A DNA stretch of 64,000 bases, taken from the human T2T-CHM13v2.0 reference genome, Homo sapiens. Numbering within the stretch: position 1 is the stretch's first letter; every line of letters begins with the position of its first letter. Shown here one piece after another: positions 16,691-30,339 of this stretch. The DNA lies in assembly GCF_009914755.1 (NCBI RefSeq), contig NC_060926.1; one strand, given 5' to 3'. The position numbers and the translations under genes are program-made. The notes under the pieces are model-generated. The model worked only from the letters and a program-made list of their open reading frames with translations. It did no database searches and was not told where the DNA came from.

Positions 16691-18575
16691 TGTTTTGAAT
16701 TTATTGCAAAACAGAATTTTTAATTCCTTAAAAAGCAGAAATTTCTTTAAAAACAAGTCAATTTAATACAGCTAAGTTGAAAAATATTGATGTGTTTATT
16801 AAAGCCTTTTATTACACTTTAAGCTCCTATTTAGTCTAATTGACTCAAACTTTTGCTATAAGTTGCTACTTCTCCCTCAGTTTAAAAAAATTATTCTAAA
16901 ATCCTTCATATAAGAGATTTTTTGTGTCCATTTAATGGAGTAATTTGTTTTTAAGTCTCTAAAACATTAACAACACTGCTGATAAACCCAACATAATAAG
17001 GAAATAAAAAGATTATAGCCAAGAGAGTATTTTAAAGGTTTTTGCAAAAATTTATATTGAACATATTTTAAAATAAAAATAGTTTAAGTACACTTATAAA
17101 TATGCAAAATGGTGGATTATTATTTTCAGTACTGTTTACAATGCCTTTAAGCACTCAATTGCAGGGTGTTTGTTTAGTTACACAGTACCGTAATTGCTCT
17201 CATCAGACAGAAATTAGCCTCATCCCTTATAAGAGTATTTCAGAACAATTTTAAATAATGACAAAATATATTTGGCACATATCTATCATTTTGGCAGTTC
17301 TACTAATATTCATTAGTGGGTCATTAGGACACACACAAATTATGCTAAGCTCAATGGCCTATCAGATATATGATTTTTGATATTAATAATCATGTCTTAT
17401 TTATTTATACACTTACGGTATATAGGACCTTTAATGTTTAGTGTTTAGGCAGGTATTATCCTAATTTTATACACAAGAAGACTAAACGTTGGGGGAAAGT
17501 TCAGTCTTCTTGTCTATAAAATTAGACAAGAAGGGGTGGGTGGTACACAGAAGGAACCAAGTTAGGAAGGGACTTCGACTGGAAATCTATTTCCTCACCG
17601 TCTCACGCTGGTTTACCCTCACTGCTACAACAACACCTGTCTTGAGAAACTTTGAGATTTAGTGGACTATTTTTTTTTTTCTTGAAGTTTTGACTGCTAA
17701 TAGGAGATTTGGACTTATGGAAGAAAATCTTACACAAATGTCTGAAATAAGGCTAAAGATTCTGGCACTGTTTGTAAAGCAAGTAGTAAGGCAGTAGGAA
17801 CTAAAATCAGTTACTAGGTACTGTTGACAGGTACCAAGGCTGCAGCCAAGGAGAGGGGAAGGTGGAAGGTCATCAAAGTGGAAGGACATCAAAGTGGGAC
17901 CTGAGATCTAGGCTGGAACTAAGGGGTAGCTAAAGGTTAGATAAGCTGGAAGAGAAGAGAAAGGAAACAACAGCCAGGGAAGTTTCAGTGGTGCAGAGAA
18001 TTTGTTAGTGGGAAAATACCTAGTTGGAGCTAATGAGTAGTCTTTTGAGCTGAGAGGGGTGATAATAGATAAGACTGGAAAGTCTTAAGTGCCCTGGGGG
18101 TCAAAAGTTTATGCTTTATTCTCTAGGCAGTGGAAACCTTTGGAGAACTCTGAGTGTAGGAGCAATTTGATGAAGCAGACTTGCTTAATCTGAATGTGAA
18201 GTGCTGAGATGGAGGTGTACAGGAGAAGGGAGTGTTAAAAGAAGAAATCTGTATTCAGTTAGGAATTTCCAGCAGTAGTCCAGGAATTAATTGATTATAG
18301 CATAGAGTACATAGCAAACATTTATTGACTTGATTTTCCTTTCCATTTGCCACACATGTGAGTGTCACAAATGATATTCACGTGTACTTGTATGGAAATC
18401 TTGCACAGATTTTAGCATCTAAGTGCCAGAAAGTAAAAATTTTGTGGCATCATTTAACAGTATTCATTGGTAGGAGAGATGTAAATATCACAGTCAGGTT
18501 AAGAATTATCAGTAAGGAAATAGACACAATATTAGCATAGTTGTCCATTCATAATGAAGTTATTCCAATGGCTGA

Positions 18576-18818
<243 letters not shown>

Positions 18819-19206
18819 TAATGTTCTATTTTGAAGAGCTGCAACCTGAATGTTGACTGAATGTTGACTATTGGATATGTTAACTACAGGGCAGATAGAA
18901 TGCATACACTTAGTGAATTTAAAGTTGTTGTATATCCATGATTGCAGTTAATGCTGATTATGAGTTGATAGCAGTATTCTCATTAAGATTCAGACAATGA
19001 AAATAATTTCAAACCAGTTTTGAACAAGATTTGATATTTAGAATCAGAAGCTAGGAATTTTATGTATTTCAGTGTCCAATTTACATTTAATGGTGCCTTT
19101 AGAGAATAAAGAAGCTGGGCTACCACTTGAGCTAATGATACATTCTGTAATTTTATTGCATATTTTAAACTACTCATACATTTTTATTGTTGTTTCTATT
19201 AATTAG

Positions 19207-19274
19207 AATGAAGCACTGGAATTTGCAAAGTCTGTGGACTACCCCTGCTTGTTGAGGCCTTCCTATGTTTTGAG
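19207..19274 (+). CDS. CPS1: CPS1 exon 27 (68 nt), NEALEFAKSVDYPCLLRPSYVL(S)
   Basis: aattag| acceptor, GAG|gtaaca donor; YPxxxRPSYVL ATP-grasp motif. Confidence 0.97.
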
Positions 19275-20239
19275 GTAACACTGTATATTGTTTTCCAAAA
19301 CAATGATTCAAAAATTGGGAGATACAGAAATGCATGCTGTATGCTAATAGCACTAGGGTTCTATATGTAGTAATTTATAAATCCATTAACAATTTCCAAA
19401 CCATCACAGCCAGTTTAAGGACCAATGTGTGGTCTTCTAGTTTAATGCTTTCCCTTCAGGGAGTGGCCATAGGAAGACTACAGTTCTTCATCTAGAAGTG
19501 TAGTGTAAGGCATCTCCTTACCAAACAGAGAGGGTAGCTTTATATTAAAGAACAGGACAATTTAAAAAAGACACACAAATTGAGGTATCTCTCGCCAGCG
19601 TGTTTTCTGATACCCAGAAATGACAGCTTATCTTTGACTATTGTCAGCACCTTCTGATAGTGCCTTTGTTTTAAAATTTTCAGTTTTTGAGATCAGATTG
19701 TTTAATAGATAAATTATAAGGGTGAGGAACAGGAACAGTGAGGATCTTTTATATTAAACTTTAAAACAAAGTTTTATCATAAAAGAAGAAGTTGTGAATT
19801 ATCACTTACTTTCTTCAGATGTTACCACATGTAAGGAACAACTTCACCAAACAAGGGATAATAAAAGAAACACAATTTGCTTTGCACAATTTGAAAGTGT
19901 AAATGGAATTTGAGATGGGTTCCTTTAAAATGATGAAAATGAAAAATTTCAAACGAGGTGGAAATCTTTTTATTTAAATGTCATTTTGTGTAAACCATAG
20001 TCTAATAATACTACCTGTTTGAGGAGTTAATGTAAACTAATTTAAACATGCACACATTTAAGGAAGGATGGAAAATAAAACAGCTTTGACTATCACACTT
20101 CTTTTTCCTTTTTTGCAATCTATATCTTTGTTCCAGTTTCACATACTCTGAATGATAAGCATTATTGCTCTAGCCTTCCTCTCTTAAACAAATGAAGCAA
20201 CTGAAAGTCCTTTAGGCAGAAATTTGTAATAGGATAAAC

Positions 20240-20360
20240 TGGTGAGGTGATGGATATATAAATAACTTGATTGACTTTCTATAATGTATACATAGATCAA
20301 AACATCACACAATACCTCATAAATATATGCAATTACTATTTGCCAATTAAAAATACATTT
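20240..20360 (+). mobile_element. Old L1 (L1MA/MB-type) 3' end fragment
   Basis: tgaggtgatggatat...atgtatacatagatcaaaacatcac...ataaatatatgcaattactatttgccaattaaaa. Confidence 0.7.
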
Positions 20361-21096
20361 TAACATTAAAAGATAAATTTGTAGTAGTGTAAAAGAGGTA
20401 AATGCTGCTGTTTAAAAGCAAAGTAATATTTTTCTTATTTTTATTTTTGCTTTCTGTTACTCCTCCTCTCCTACCCTCCCAACCCATTTTGCAAATGTCA
20501 AAATTCAGAGTAAATTGATTTCAGATAGCATTTTTTCTCAAGCATTTAAAAAGAAAGGATATAGTTGAAAAGGTTTTATTCACATACTGCACATTGTATT
20601 AGCAAATATTACTTTAAAAATTGATTCATTTGCAATCTGGTTGAGGGAGTAGCATAACCTGCTTTGACAACAGAGCAGTAGGCTAAGATCAGCTGTTGAT
20701 AATGAACTCTGAAGAAACAGGTTAGGGAAATCAGGTTCTGGGCTGAATCCTGTTAAGGCTTAAGAATTACCTGGAACCAGCAGAGTGTTAATGTAGCAAA
20801 TCAGAAAGGGCAAACTTTGGAGAAGTATAATTTCTAGAGCTACCAGGATTCCCTTTGGGAATTAATACAGGTTTACTGACCCCCTACACTTTACCTTCTT
20901 CCATCCTCAGCTTCGTCAGTTTTATACTTTGGTTGATTGTCCTGGTGATTAAATGGAGAAAAGTCTCAATTTAGCAAGAGGCACCTTCTTATTCAGCCCC
21001 GACTTGAACTATAGGTTGTCTGGAACTGTTCTGAGAACCAGTCAAGTCTAGTATTAGCATAAACCTGACCTGCTTTTTTTCCCCTTCCTTTTCCAG

Positions 21097-21172
21097 TGGG
21101 TCTGCTATGAATGTGGTATTCTCTGAGGATGAGATGAAAAAATTCCTAGAAGAGGCGACTAGAGTTTCTCAG
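21097..21172 (+). CDS. CPS1: CPS1 exon 28 (76 nt), (S)[25 protein letters not shown]
   Basis: Strong pyrimidine tract then ttccag|; CAG|gtagtg donor. Confidence 0.97.
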
Positions 21173-21189
21173 GTAGTGTCCAATTTCTT

Positions 21190-21267
21190 TGTAGTGACTG
21201 TTATCTCTTAATAAACATGTAGTGACATTTATCTCTTAATAAAATGTAGTGACATTTATCTCTTAAT
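21190..21267. repeat. 27/28-bp minisatellite, about 3 copies (tgtagtgacatttatctcttaataaaa)
   Basis: Copies at 21190-21217, 21218-21244 and 21245-21267. Confidence 0.9.
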
Positions 21268-22549
21268 GCAACCTTACTTTGTATGTTTTCTTTTCACACA
21301 ATGTGTTAGAATGAGTTTTCTTTTTTCCTCTTCTACCCTCTAGTCTCCTAAAAGAATGAGAAACCTTGAAGGCATTAAATTATAACTAGACTTTTAAGGT
21401 TGGTGGAAAAAGAGGAATACCTGTGCATATTTTATCAAAACAGATTTTAGACTCCAGGAGTCTAAAAGGACAATGATTTTTGTTTTTCTCATGAATTAGA
21501 TGCTGGTCAGGGTATTTCTGGAATTCCCAGTCTCAAGGGCTGCTCAACCATGCTCACCATTAACAAGTGAAAGCTTTCCTGATTTTTAATTTTCACATCT
21601 GGGAACTTTGCCTAGTCAAACATGCAACTTTAATAGTAAGTCCCTCACTCAACTATTTTTTATTTTTTCCTGTTGGCACATTCAGTTTGTGAGTTAATAC
21701 AAGCATTTCTTATTTTGTGGCAACTCAGCCACCTTCCTCCACTGCCCCCCAGCCTTTACCTTCTCCTTCAGTGTTACCTCAGCATGATCCATTTAAGATT
21801 TACCCAGTGGGGTTATTGATCTTGTATTGTAGAGGATAAAAGTAATGTTTTCCTTTTAAAAGCTTTCAAAAGCTTGTTGGGGCTTTTTTTTTTAAGGGGG
21901 AACAATTCATAGAGAAGAGTTTGATGTTAGGCAAGTGGAATTTGGAGGGAGGAAGAGTGAAATCAGGAGCATTTCAAAGAGGAATAAAGTGCGTGGACTG
22001 TTTCTGCACACATGACGCTGGATCGCTCTTCTGTGTATGATAGCTGCTCCCCAAGGATGTTTGAGTGGTAAGAGTAGATAAGAATAAAGAGTGAGAAGAG
22101 GCAAAGAGTGTAAAAGAAGAAAACCAGGTAGACTTTGAATTCATGTTTGTGTGCAAATCAGATAGCTTAGAAGGGAATCTTTCCAGTGGGCCAGTTTTCA
22201 CTAATGGAGTGAGACACCAACTGTCTTCTCTATTTTATTCCTGGCCAGGGGTCCTGCCATGCGGCCCTTTTCAGAGGCTGGCTACTGTACTCAGCTGGTC
22301 TCATGTGAGTGATGAGGCAGGTGTCCCCTCTTGTCTGCCTCGAACACTCCTTATAGGATCTCAGTACAATATTTTTAAAGTATTTTTCCTTTAGCGTATG
22401 GATAGAATCCATATGGGACCAAAGTTTAATAATAGAGATGTTGTGATTGAGTACTTTACAGTTCAATGTTCCCTATCAAACTACAGCAGCATCTGGGATA
22501 CTGAATTCAATGACTCTAGAGTAAAACCAGCCCCAATCAATCAGTAATC

Positions 22550-23740
22550 TATGTATGTATTCATTTATTTATAGCACCTGTTATATGGTGGCATTGTTCT
22601 CAGTATCAGGAATTGTAATCGTGAAAAGAAAGATATGGTCTCTACTGTCACATAGGACTTCTTTTTGCTAGGCTCAACAGACTTCAAATAATTACAATTA
22701 AATATGATGAGCAATGAACATCGCAATAGAGAAAATACAGGATGTTGAGGGAGAGTGTGAAAGTCTTGGGCTCCAGTCCCTGAGGAAGGGACTTTTAAAT
22801 TGATACCTGATGGTTGATTCAGAATTAACTGGGCAAATGGCTTACATTGTGGGAGTAGGAGGAAGAAAGGAACAGCATTTATGAAGGTCTGAAGATGAGA
22901 AAGAGTAGGGAGTTTCTCAAAACTGATAAAGCATTCCTTATATGGCTAGGACATCAAACATGATGCTGATTATTAATGATGGTGCAGAAGTAGTCAGGGA
23001 CCAGATAAAGGAGACTTTATTGGTCATTATAATGAGTTTGAATTTTAGTCATATTTTTTATTTTAAAAAGATGAGTGTGCTGTAGTACACAGAGTGAATT
23101 ATGGGGCAAGACCAAATTCATGGAAAGAGGTGAGTGAGTTGTTGCTATAGCTCAGGGTAGAGATGACAGTGCCTCGGATTAGAGTAATGACACTAAAGAT
23201 GGAGAGAAATAGTAAGAACATGCATTGAAAAGAATTAGTGAATGAATGGAGGTGGAGGGTGAAAGAGGATAAAGGATAACTCCTGAGTTTTCTGCCTTGG
23301 ATAACTGGGTAGACAGTGATGCCATTTATTGAGATAGGGAACACTGAGGAAGGAGAAAAGTATAGAGGGAGGAATTATATATTTATTTTTTAACCTTTTG
23401 AATGTGAACTGCCTGTGAGGAATCCAAGTGGATATGATTTAAAGGCAAGGGTTATTATAATAGGTTTGGAATTGAGGACCAAGATCATGGCTAGAGATAG
23501 AGAAGGAAATATAGATTTTGAAATGAATAGCATATCACTTTAATGGAAGATTTGAGAATGAAAGCAATCACTGAGGGAGAGAGTATAGAAGAAAAGGAAC
23601 AGCTAAGACAGACACTGGAGGAATACTGGCATTTAAGGCAGAGAGGAGAAGAAAGAACCACGAATGAGCTGAAGAAAGAAGCACAGAAATGTAGTTTACA
23701 GATACCAAAGGAAGAAAGTGTTTTTCAGAAGGCCAGCCTT
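22550..23740 (-). mobile_element. L2 LINE remnant (boundaries approximate)
   Basis: attcatttatttatagcacctgttatatg start; tttctgccttggataactgggtagacagtgatgccatttattgagatagggaacactg. Confidence 0.65.
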
Positions 23741-24755
23741 GTATAATGCTGCATTTCATGATAGTGGTCAGAAGGAGTTTGTGTTCAGAGGCAAAAGGGA
23801 TATTCAGAGAAGGATTCAGGGAGGAGATAGCATATGACCTAGGCCTTGAAGGGTGAGTTGAGATTTGAAAGATGAAGCTGAGGAGAAAAGATAGAATACA
23901 CGTGGGGAAGAGACACATGGAAGCAAGTGAATGCAGGGCCTGGTAAAAAGACAGTGGCCCAGGTTGTTTTAGCCTATGGTACAGAGGAGAAGATATCTAA
24001 ACCCTGGAGATCTTCCCTCAACCTCTTCATTTAGTATGGAGAAAAGCAAGTGGGGATTATGTTGTGGAGGGCATCCCGACCCTGACATGGAGGAAATGAG
24101 TGTGGGAAGCACTTCAAGATGAGAAGTGTCTGAAACAGCCAAGAAAGGAAGGACTTTTGAAGATTAATAAATAAAAATACTTGATTTTACAGTTACAAAT
24201 GTCATACTCTAGAAGTGGCATAAGACAAATCAACTCGAGGTAAAGGATTTCATCTTTGGCCCAATAAGACCAAAAGAAAATGTCACTCTCATTCTGAGTT
24301 CTCCCACAATTCTCAAAGAGAAATATGATTTAGGGAGTTGTAGTGCTTAGAAAAGATAAGGGTAGAAAGAAAGAAATATTCTGAACCAATAATAATATGT
24401 CATTATAAAGTAGAGAAATATTCATGATTCTGACAGCAGAGAAAGAAGCCATATTCTGCTTCCTCCTTAGTCCCCTCTTTTCTCTAATTGACCTGGATGC
24501 CTATACTTGAGGATTCAGAACTCATGGTCAGTTTGCTGAGCACTCAAAGTTGGAGAAAGACCCTCTGCCTCACTACAAGCAAAGAACAACCTTGTTCTTA
24601 CAGCACAGATTAGGTAATGAGTTTATGTAGTTATGTTCAGCCTTGAGTATTTTGCAAGTATTGCCCTGATACTTATAATACTTAAAGTACATGGCTTATT
24701 GACACTATATACATAGCGTTAGCTAAATGTTCGGCTCCTCTGTTTTCCTTCGTGA

Positions 24756-24890
<135 letters not shown>

Positions 24891-27205
24891 TAACAATTTT
24901 GAAATATTGACAGGTTAGAATTCATAATATCTATAAAACAGGTCTCCAGTAATAGTGGAGAAGCTGTAAAAAAAATCAAATTCTCTGACAATTCAGTTGA
25001 TGTGTCATGGGTATCATATTTCCTATGTTTCATACTGTTAGAATTTCTCTGATGATATTCAAAAGTAATTATCATCCTGTACTCATCATTCCTTTTGAAT
25101 AGATTTTCTCTCTCATTTTCTTTTGTCTGTGTCTTTCCTTTTATGTTTCAATGGCTATTATGAAAACATCTAATACTTTTCTTTCTGAAGTTCCCAATCG
25201 AATCCTGGTTTTTCTTCTTTCTTCATTTCCCATCCTCCTCCCTTTTTATTGGGTTAATAAAGGCAAAGTCAAACAGAGTAAAGTGGATAAGGATAATAAT
25301 ATTAAATTGGCTTACCATATCACATCTTGTATTTCTAATACAATGAATACCTCCAACTTCAAGGAGAAATGAAAATGTGAAGAATATTTTACTTTAGTTT
25401 TATAGTTGTATTAATAATGCATTTGTGACTTCTCTTAAAATGTAGTAAGTTATGTTGTAGGGAGTCTATGCCATTTTACTTGCTTTAAGGAAAAATACAA
25501 ACTTAGCATTCATCTTCTGCTTTGCAAATACTTCAAAACACTACTGAAGATGTTAAATCTTTTTCTCTTTTTCCTTCCAGATTAGCATTTCAGAGTAGAT
25601 CTTGTTAATAAAAATGGTAATGGTATCTACTTACAACAGAATCACATAATCTTGAGTTGAAACACCTTTAGAGATAATTTATTCCAGCCCTCCACCCTCC
25701 AAGTCAGATATTTTCTTTACAGCATCCCTGGAAGGTGGTCATCTGTTTTCTTTTAAACACTTTGGTGATACAAAGCTCAACACATTGTAAGATTATATAT
25801 TGTGGTCACTTTTTTTTGACATCTCAGGTATTCTTTATCTTGAACTAAGGTCTGTTTCCTTGGAAGTCTTATCCCTGATTTTCTGAGTTTCAGAGCAAAA
25901 ACTTAATCTATTTCCTTTTCAACATCTTAAGTATTTGAAGGTTGAGATATAAAATAAGAGGAACGTGATACCTATATATGGAAGTGGAGAATGTAAGACT
26001 GGCCTAGAGACATTTGTACTTTTTCAAATACTGTACTGGTAAAATAATGCTGGTTTGTTGGCTTTATTTGGCTCTAGGTTTGCCAGCATATGTGCTTTCC
26101 CTAAGGTTTTCTCAGATATCAACTATTGCACATCGTCCTGTACTCCCTCTTTTGGAAATGTTCCAGGTTATTCACATAGTTTTTAAATTGCCATGTTAAG
26201 AAATGGACATAGAACTGCAGGTTGCTGAGCTCAGTGGGGTGGGGTGCCTGAGCTCAGTGGGTGAATGCCTCCCCTTTTCCAGACACTTCACCAAAAAATG
26301 AGCTCTTATTATTTTATAAATAAGCTCTTGTAAAAAATGAGCTCTTACTTATATGTGGTCTGTTTTATCCTTACAAACATTCTATGAGCAGGTACCATTG
26401 TTATTCTTATCTTATCAGAAACCAAGACTAAGTAAGTAAAGCACTTTGCCCAGGTCACAGAACAGAAGGATGGAAACTCAAATGTCACTGTTTTAAGACG
26501 TTGCTAAATCTGATAAGCAAATCTCTTATGTAATTTATTTAAGTCTTTTATACCTACCCAATTATTCTCCCTTACTCTCAGCTGCATCATTTCCCAAGGA
26601 CACACATATTATTAACATATAGGTTATAGTGATTGAGACCACAGACTTTGGAATCTGACAGATAATATTCAAAATCCTAACTCAGTCACATACCAGTCAC
26701 CTGAACCTGGGTTATTTATTATTACATTACTTTTATTTCCTTACTTCTAAAAAAGGACTAGAATATTTTTCCTTTCGACTCCTTCCTCTTTCAAACTTCC
26801 ATTTAATGATCTCTTGATGAGATCTTTGAGACTTATTTTTGGTCCACCTAAGTTATACCATTTACCTAGATAGATATTGAGCTCTCCCACCTTCTTTTCT
26901 TTCCCAGTGCCTAAAAGATAAAGATATTTTAAGTGCTTTTCAAATGCTTTAGCTTCCTATCCTGTTCTTAAAAGTCAATATGAATTGGTTTAGTTTTACT
27001 CTTTTCCTATTACTTATACCCATGCTAATCAGTGGATGAGGGAGGTAGGCTCTCAGCCACTCTTAGCTGCCTCTACAGGAAATCTGTTACTGCACAGAGA
27101 GGCAGCATTTTCTACTGCTCTCATCAGGAATGTAGCAAGGGAACTACTTAGTGCTCAGTGCATCTGTTAGGACCAAAGGGGAGGATGAGGGAGTAGCTTC
27201 CTTGA

Positions 27206-27379
<174 letters not shown>

Positions 27380-27581
27380 TAAAAGTGGAAGGGAAAAGGC
27401 AACACTCAGAAAAAAACACCTAAGGTTTTTTTTTTTTTTTTAAAGCTAGGTAGCAATGTAAGATATGCTGCAGGTTAAATTTAATGATGAGGCTAACTTC
27501 CTTGCTCTGAGTCACCTGGGTATTCTAAAGATAACAATTTTCTTCACTGTCCTTTTGAGCCCCTTTGGTTGTATGCGAGTA

Positions 27582-27764
27582 CAGGGGTTCTCAAACTTGA
27601 ATGTGCATCACAGACACCTGGAGAGCTTGTTAAACACATTGCTGGACTCCATCCCCCAGTTTCTGATTTCATATTTCTGGATCGGGCTCCAGAATTTGCG
27701 TTTTTCACAAGTCCTAAGGTGATGCTATTGCTGCTAGTCTGGGGATGGCAGTTAGAGAACTGCT
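27582..27764. mobile_element. MER5A hAT-Charlie MITE
   Basis: caggggttctcaaactt...cacctggagagcttgttaaa...gagaactgct terminal inverted repeats. Confidence 0.82.
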
Positions 27765-28031
27765 ACTCCTGGGGATTCTAATGTTTCAGGGCCACACACA
27801 GGTGAGCGGCATCTGAAGCAATGCTTCTCAGTTAGGAGTGGTGAAACAGGTGTGGACCAGTCACTTGAGAACTTTCTGGAATCTATGCTTTCCCTTCTCA
27901 CCCTTGACTTCACCTCCAAACAGCACTTTCTGATATCTCTTTTGAGCTCCGAGAGCCAGCCGTATAAAGAACTTAACAAAAATAATGACTCTGCCTTAGT
28001 ACTCAATATGCACTGCTAGGTGTACATTTAG

Positions 28032-28339
<308 letters not shown>

Positions 28340-29330
28340 GAACCTATCATCTTAAATAAGCTTTGAGGAGGTCCCATTAGTCTTTAGGTATATTAGATCA
28401 GGCTCAGGCTCAGCTCTTTTTAGTGAGCTTTTCCAGTGACCCTGCCATCAGAATTCAGGCAGACCTGTCTCTCTGGTTGTACATTGGGCTGGATTCTGAA
28501 GGTCTTTGTTCTAGAAGGTAGAGGTAGCAGGATACTTTGTAATAGCAGAAGCATTAAAGAAAAAAGTCCTTGGATCTCAAATGTACTTCAGTTTCTCATG
28601 TCAGGATAAATGATCCTCAGAACTCAGGATTTTCCAAATCTCTCAGAGCTCAATGTGTCATAGACTCTACTTCGTTTTATACCCAATTACATTGCTGAAC
28701 CACTCTTGTGAGCATAATGAGTGAGGAGCTCTTGCTCTTTGTAATCAATGCCCCCTCTTGGTATAGGGACATTCTGGCTCTGGTTGAATACAGGGATTCC
28801 TGTATGTGACATGCAGGGCTTCCCTGCAGGGAAACACTGTTTCCTTCTGAACATAATATCTAACCTTGTAGAGTCCAGGGCAACAGAAAAGCAACATAAA
28901 AGAAATCTCTCTGGTTTCTTTGCAGTACCATGTAATTTCAGGGCCTGTACCTCCCAGCAGGTAGGTCATTACATTGATATAGAGGTTGGACTGCAGTTTC
29001 TGGTGCTAAGGCAACTAGACTGAAAGGATTTCATTTAACCCTCAATGTAAAACCAGGTTATATAATTGTAGGTAGATAGGGGAATTTGGCAGAGAGATAA
29101 TCGTGTACAATTATTTGTTCTTTTCCTATTATTTTGTGTGTATTTATTGCATATTATTTTGTTAATAGAAGCCTAATAGTGCCCTCCATTATAATTATTA
29201 ATGTAGATATATAGCTGTCTGTGAAGAGAAATTAAAGACATCCAAATTTAAGGTACTGTGCCTTTTAGAAAGTTTTCAAAAACTAAGATATGCTCTTTAG
29301 CACACTATACGATTATGCTTTTTAATTCAG

Positions 29331-29420
29331 GTGAAGGATGCTACCCGGAAGATTGCAAAGGCTTTTGCCATCTCTGGTCCATTCAACGTCCAATTTCTTG
29401 TCAAAGGAAATGATGTCTTG
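29331..29420 (+). CDS. CPS1: CPS1 exon 31 (90 nt), [30 protein letters not shown]
   Basis: attcag| acceptor, TTG|gtaaga donor; GPFNVQF motif. Confidence 0.98.
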
Positions 29421-29869
29421 GTAAGAAATGCCAAGGTGCCTGAGAGGACACCACCACTGTGTTATGTCATGTTGGTTTGCATCTCTCTGGTAATCTTCTC
29501 TGTGAACACCAGACAAAGAGCAACTGAGACCCCTGGATCTGTTTGTGTCTGAGTGTGGAATGATGCATAGCATATAATGTCTACCTTATTTGAAGGCCCA
29601 GGCTATTGGTGGCACTGATAAGTCAGTTACAGCTTTGTAAAGCACACTGATCCACTGGGAAGGTCACTGTATGCCACCTACAGTATAGTATAGATGGATA
29701 CGGTGAGACAGACTATCATAAATAAATGGAATGTGTAGAGTAGTCATAAATTCTGTGTACTGAAATTCTGCTTTACTCCTTACCCAGAGACGATACCATT
29801 TGCAAAAATGATAAATGAACTAGATTAGTCCTAATTAATTTAGTCTACTTAGTTTAACTAATCGGTAAC

Positions 29870-30339
29870 TGCCTTAGTCTGTTTTGTGTTGCTATAACAG
29901 AATACTTGAGTCTGGGTAACTTGTAGAGAAAAGGGGTTTACTTGGCTTATGATTCTGGTGGCTAGATAGTCTAAGATTGGAAAGCTGAATCTGGTAAGGG
30001 TCTCAGGCTGCTTCCATTCATGGTGGAGAGTGGCAAGGGAGTGGGCAGGTGCAGAGGAATCAGATGGTGAGAGAGAAAGTAGGGGAGAGAAACTGAAGAA
30101 ACCAGACTTTTTAACAGCCCACTGTTGTGGGAATTAATTTACTCCTACCAGACTCTGATTATCCTTTTTAATTTAGGTGAAGGATGCTACCCCAACAGGA
30201 TAGCATTAATTTATTCATGAAAAATCCACCCCTCGGACCCAAACACCTCCCACTAGTCTCCAGCTTCCATCATGGCCACACTGGGGACCAAATTTCAACA
30301 TGAGTTTTGATGGGGACAAACCACATCCAGACCATAGTA
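29870..30339 (-). mobile_element. MaLR (MSTB-like) solo LTR
   Basis: tgccttagtctgttttgtgttgctataac...ccagaccatagta, flanked by 5-bp TSD gtaac (29865-29869 and 30340-30344). Confidence 0.85.
30157..30192 (+). repeat. 36-nt copy of the intron 30/exon 31 junction (29311-29346)
   Basis: 34/36 identity, ungapped, same orientation. Confidence 0.93.

Noticed and set aside
21190-21267. CRISPR-like array of ~27-nt repeats
   Set aside because: Head-to-tail tandem copies without unique spacers, in human intron DNA with no cas genes; it is a minisatellite.
23543-23918. Charged 67-aa ORF and 116-aa antisense ORF; likewise 55478..55813, 57656..57919 and 58291..58647
   Set aside because: They lie in purine-rich L2-like or MaLR LTR sequence and show no recognisable protein similarity.
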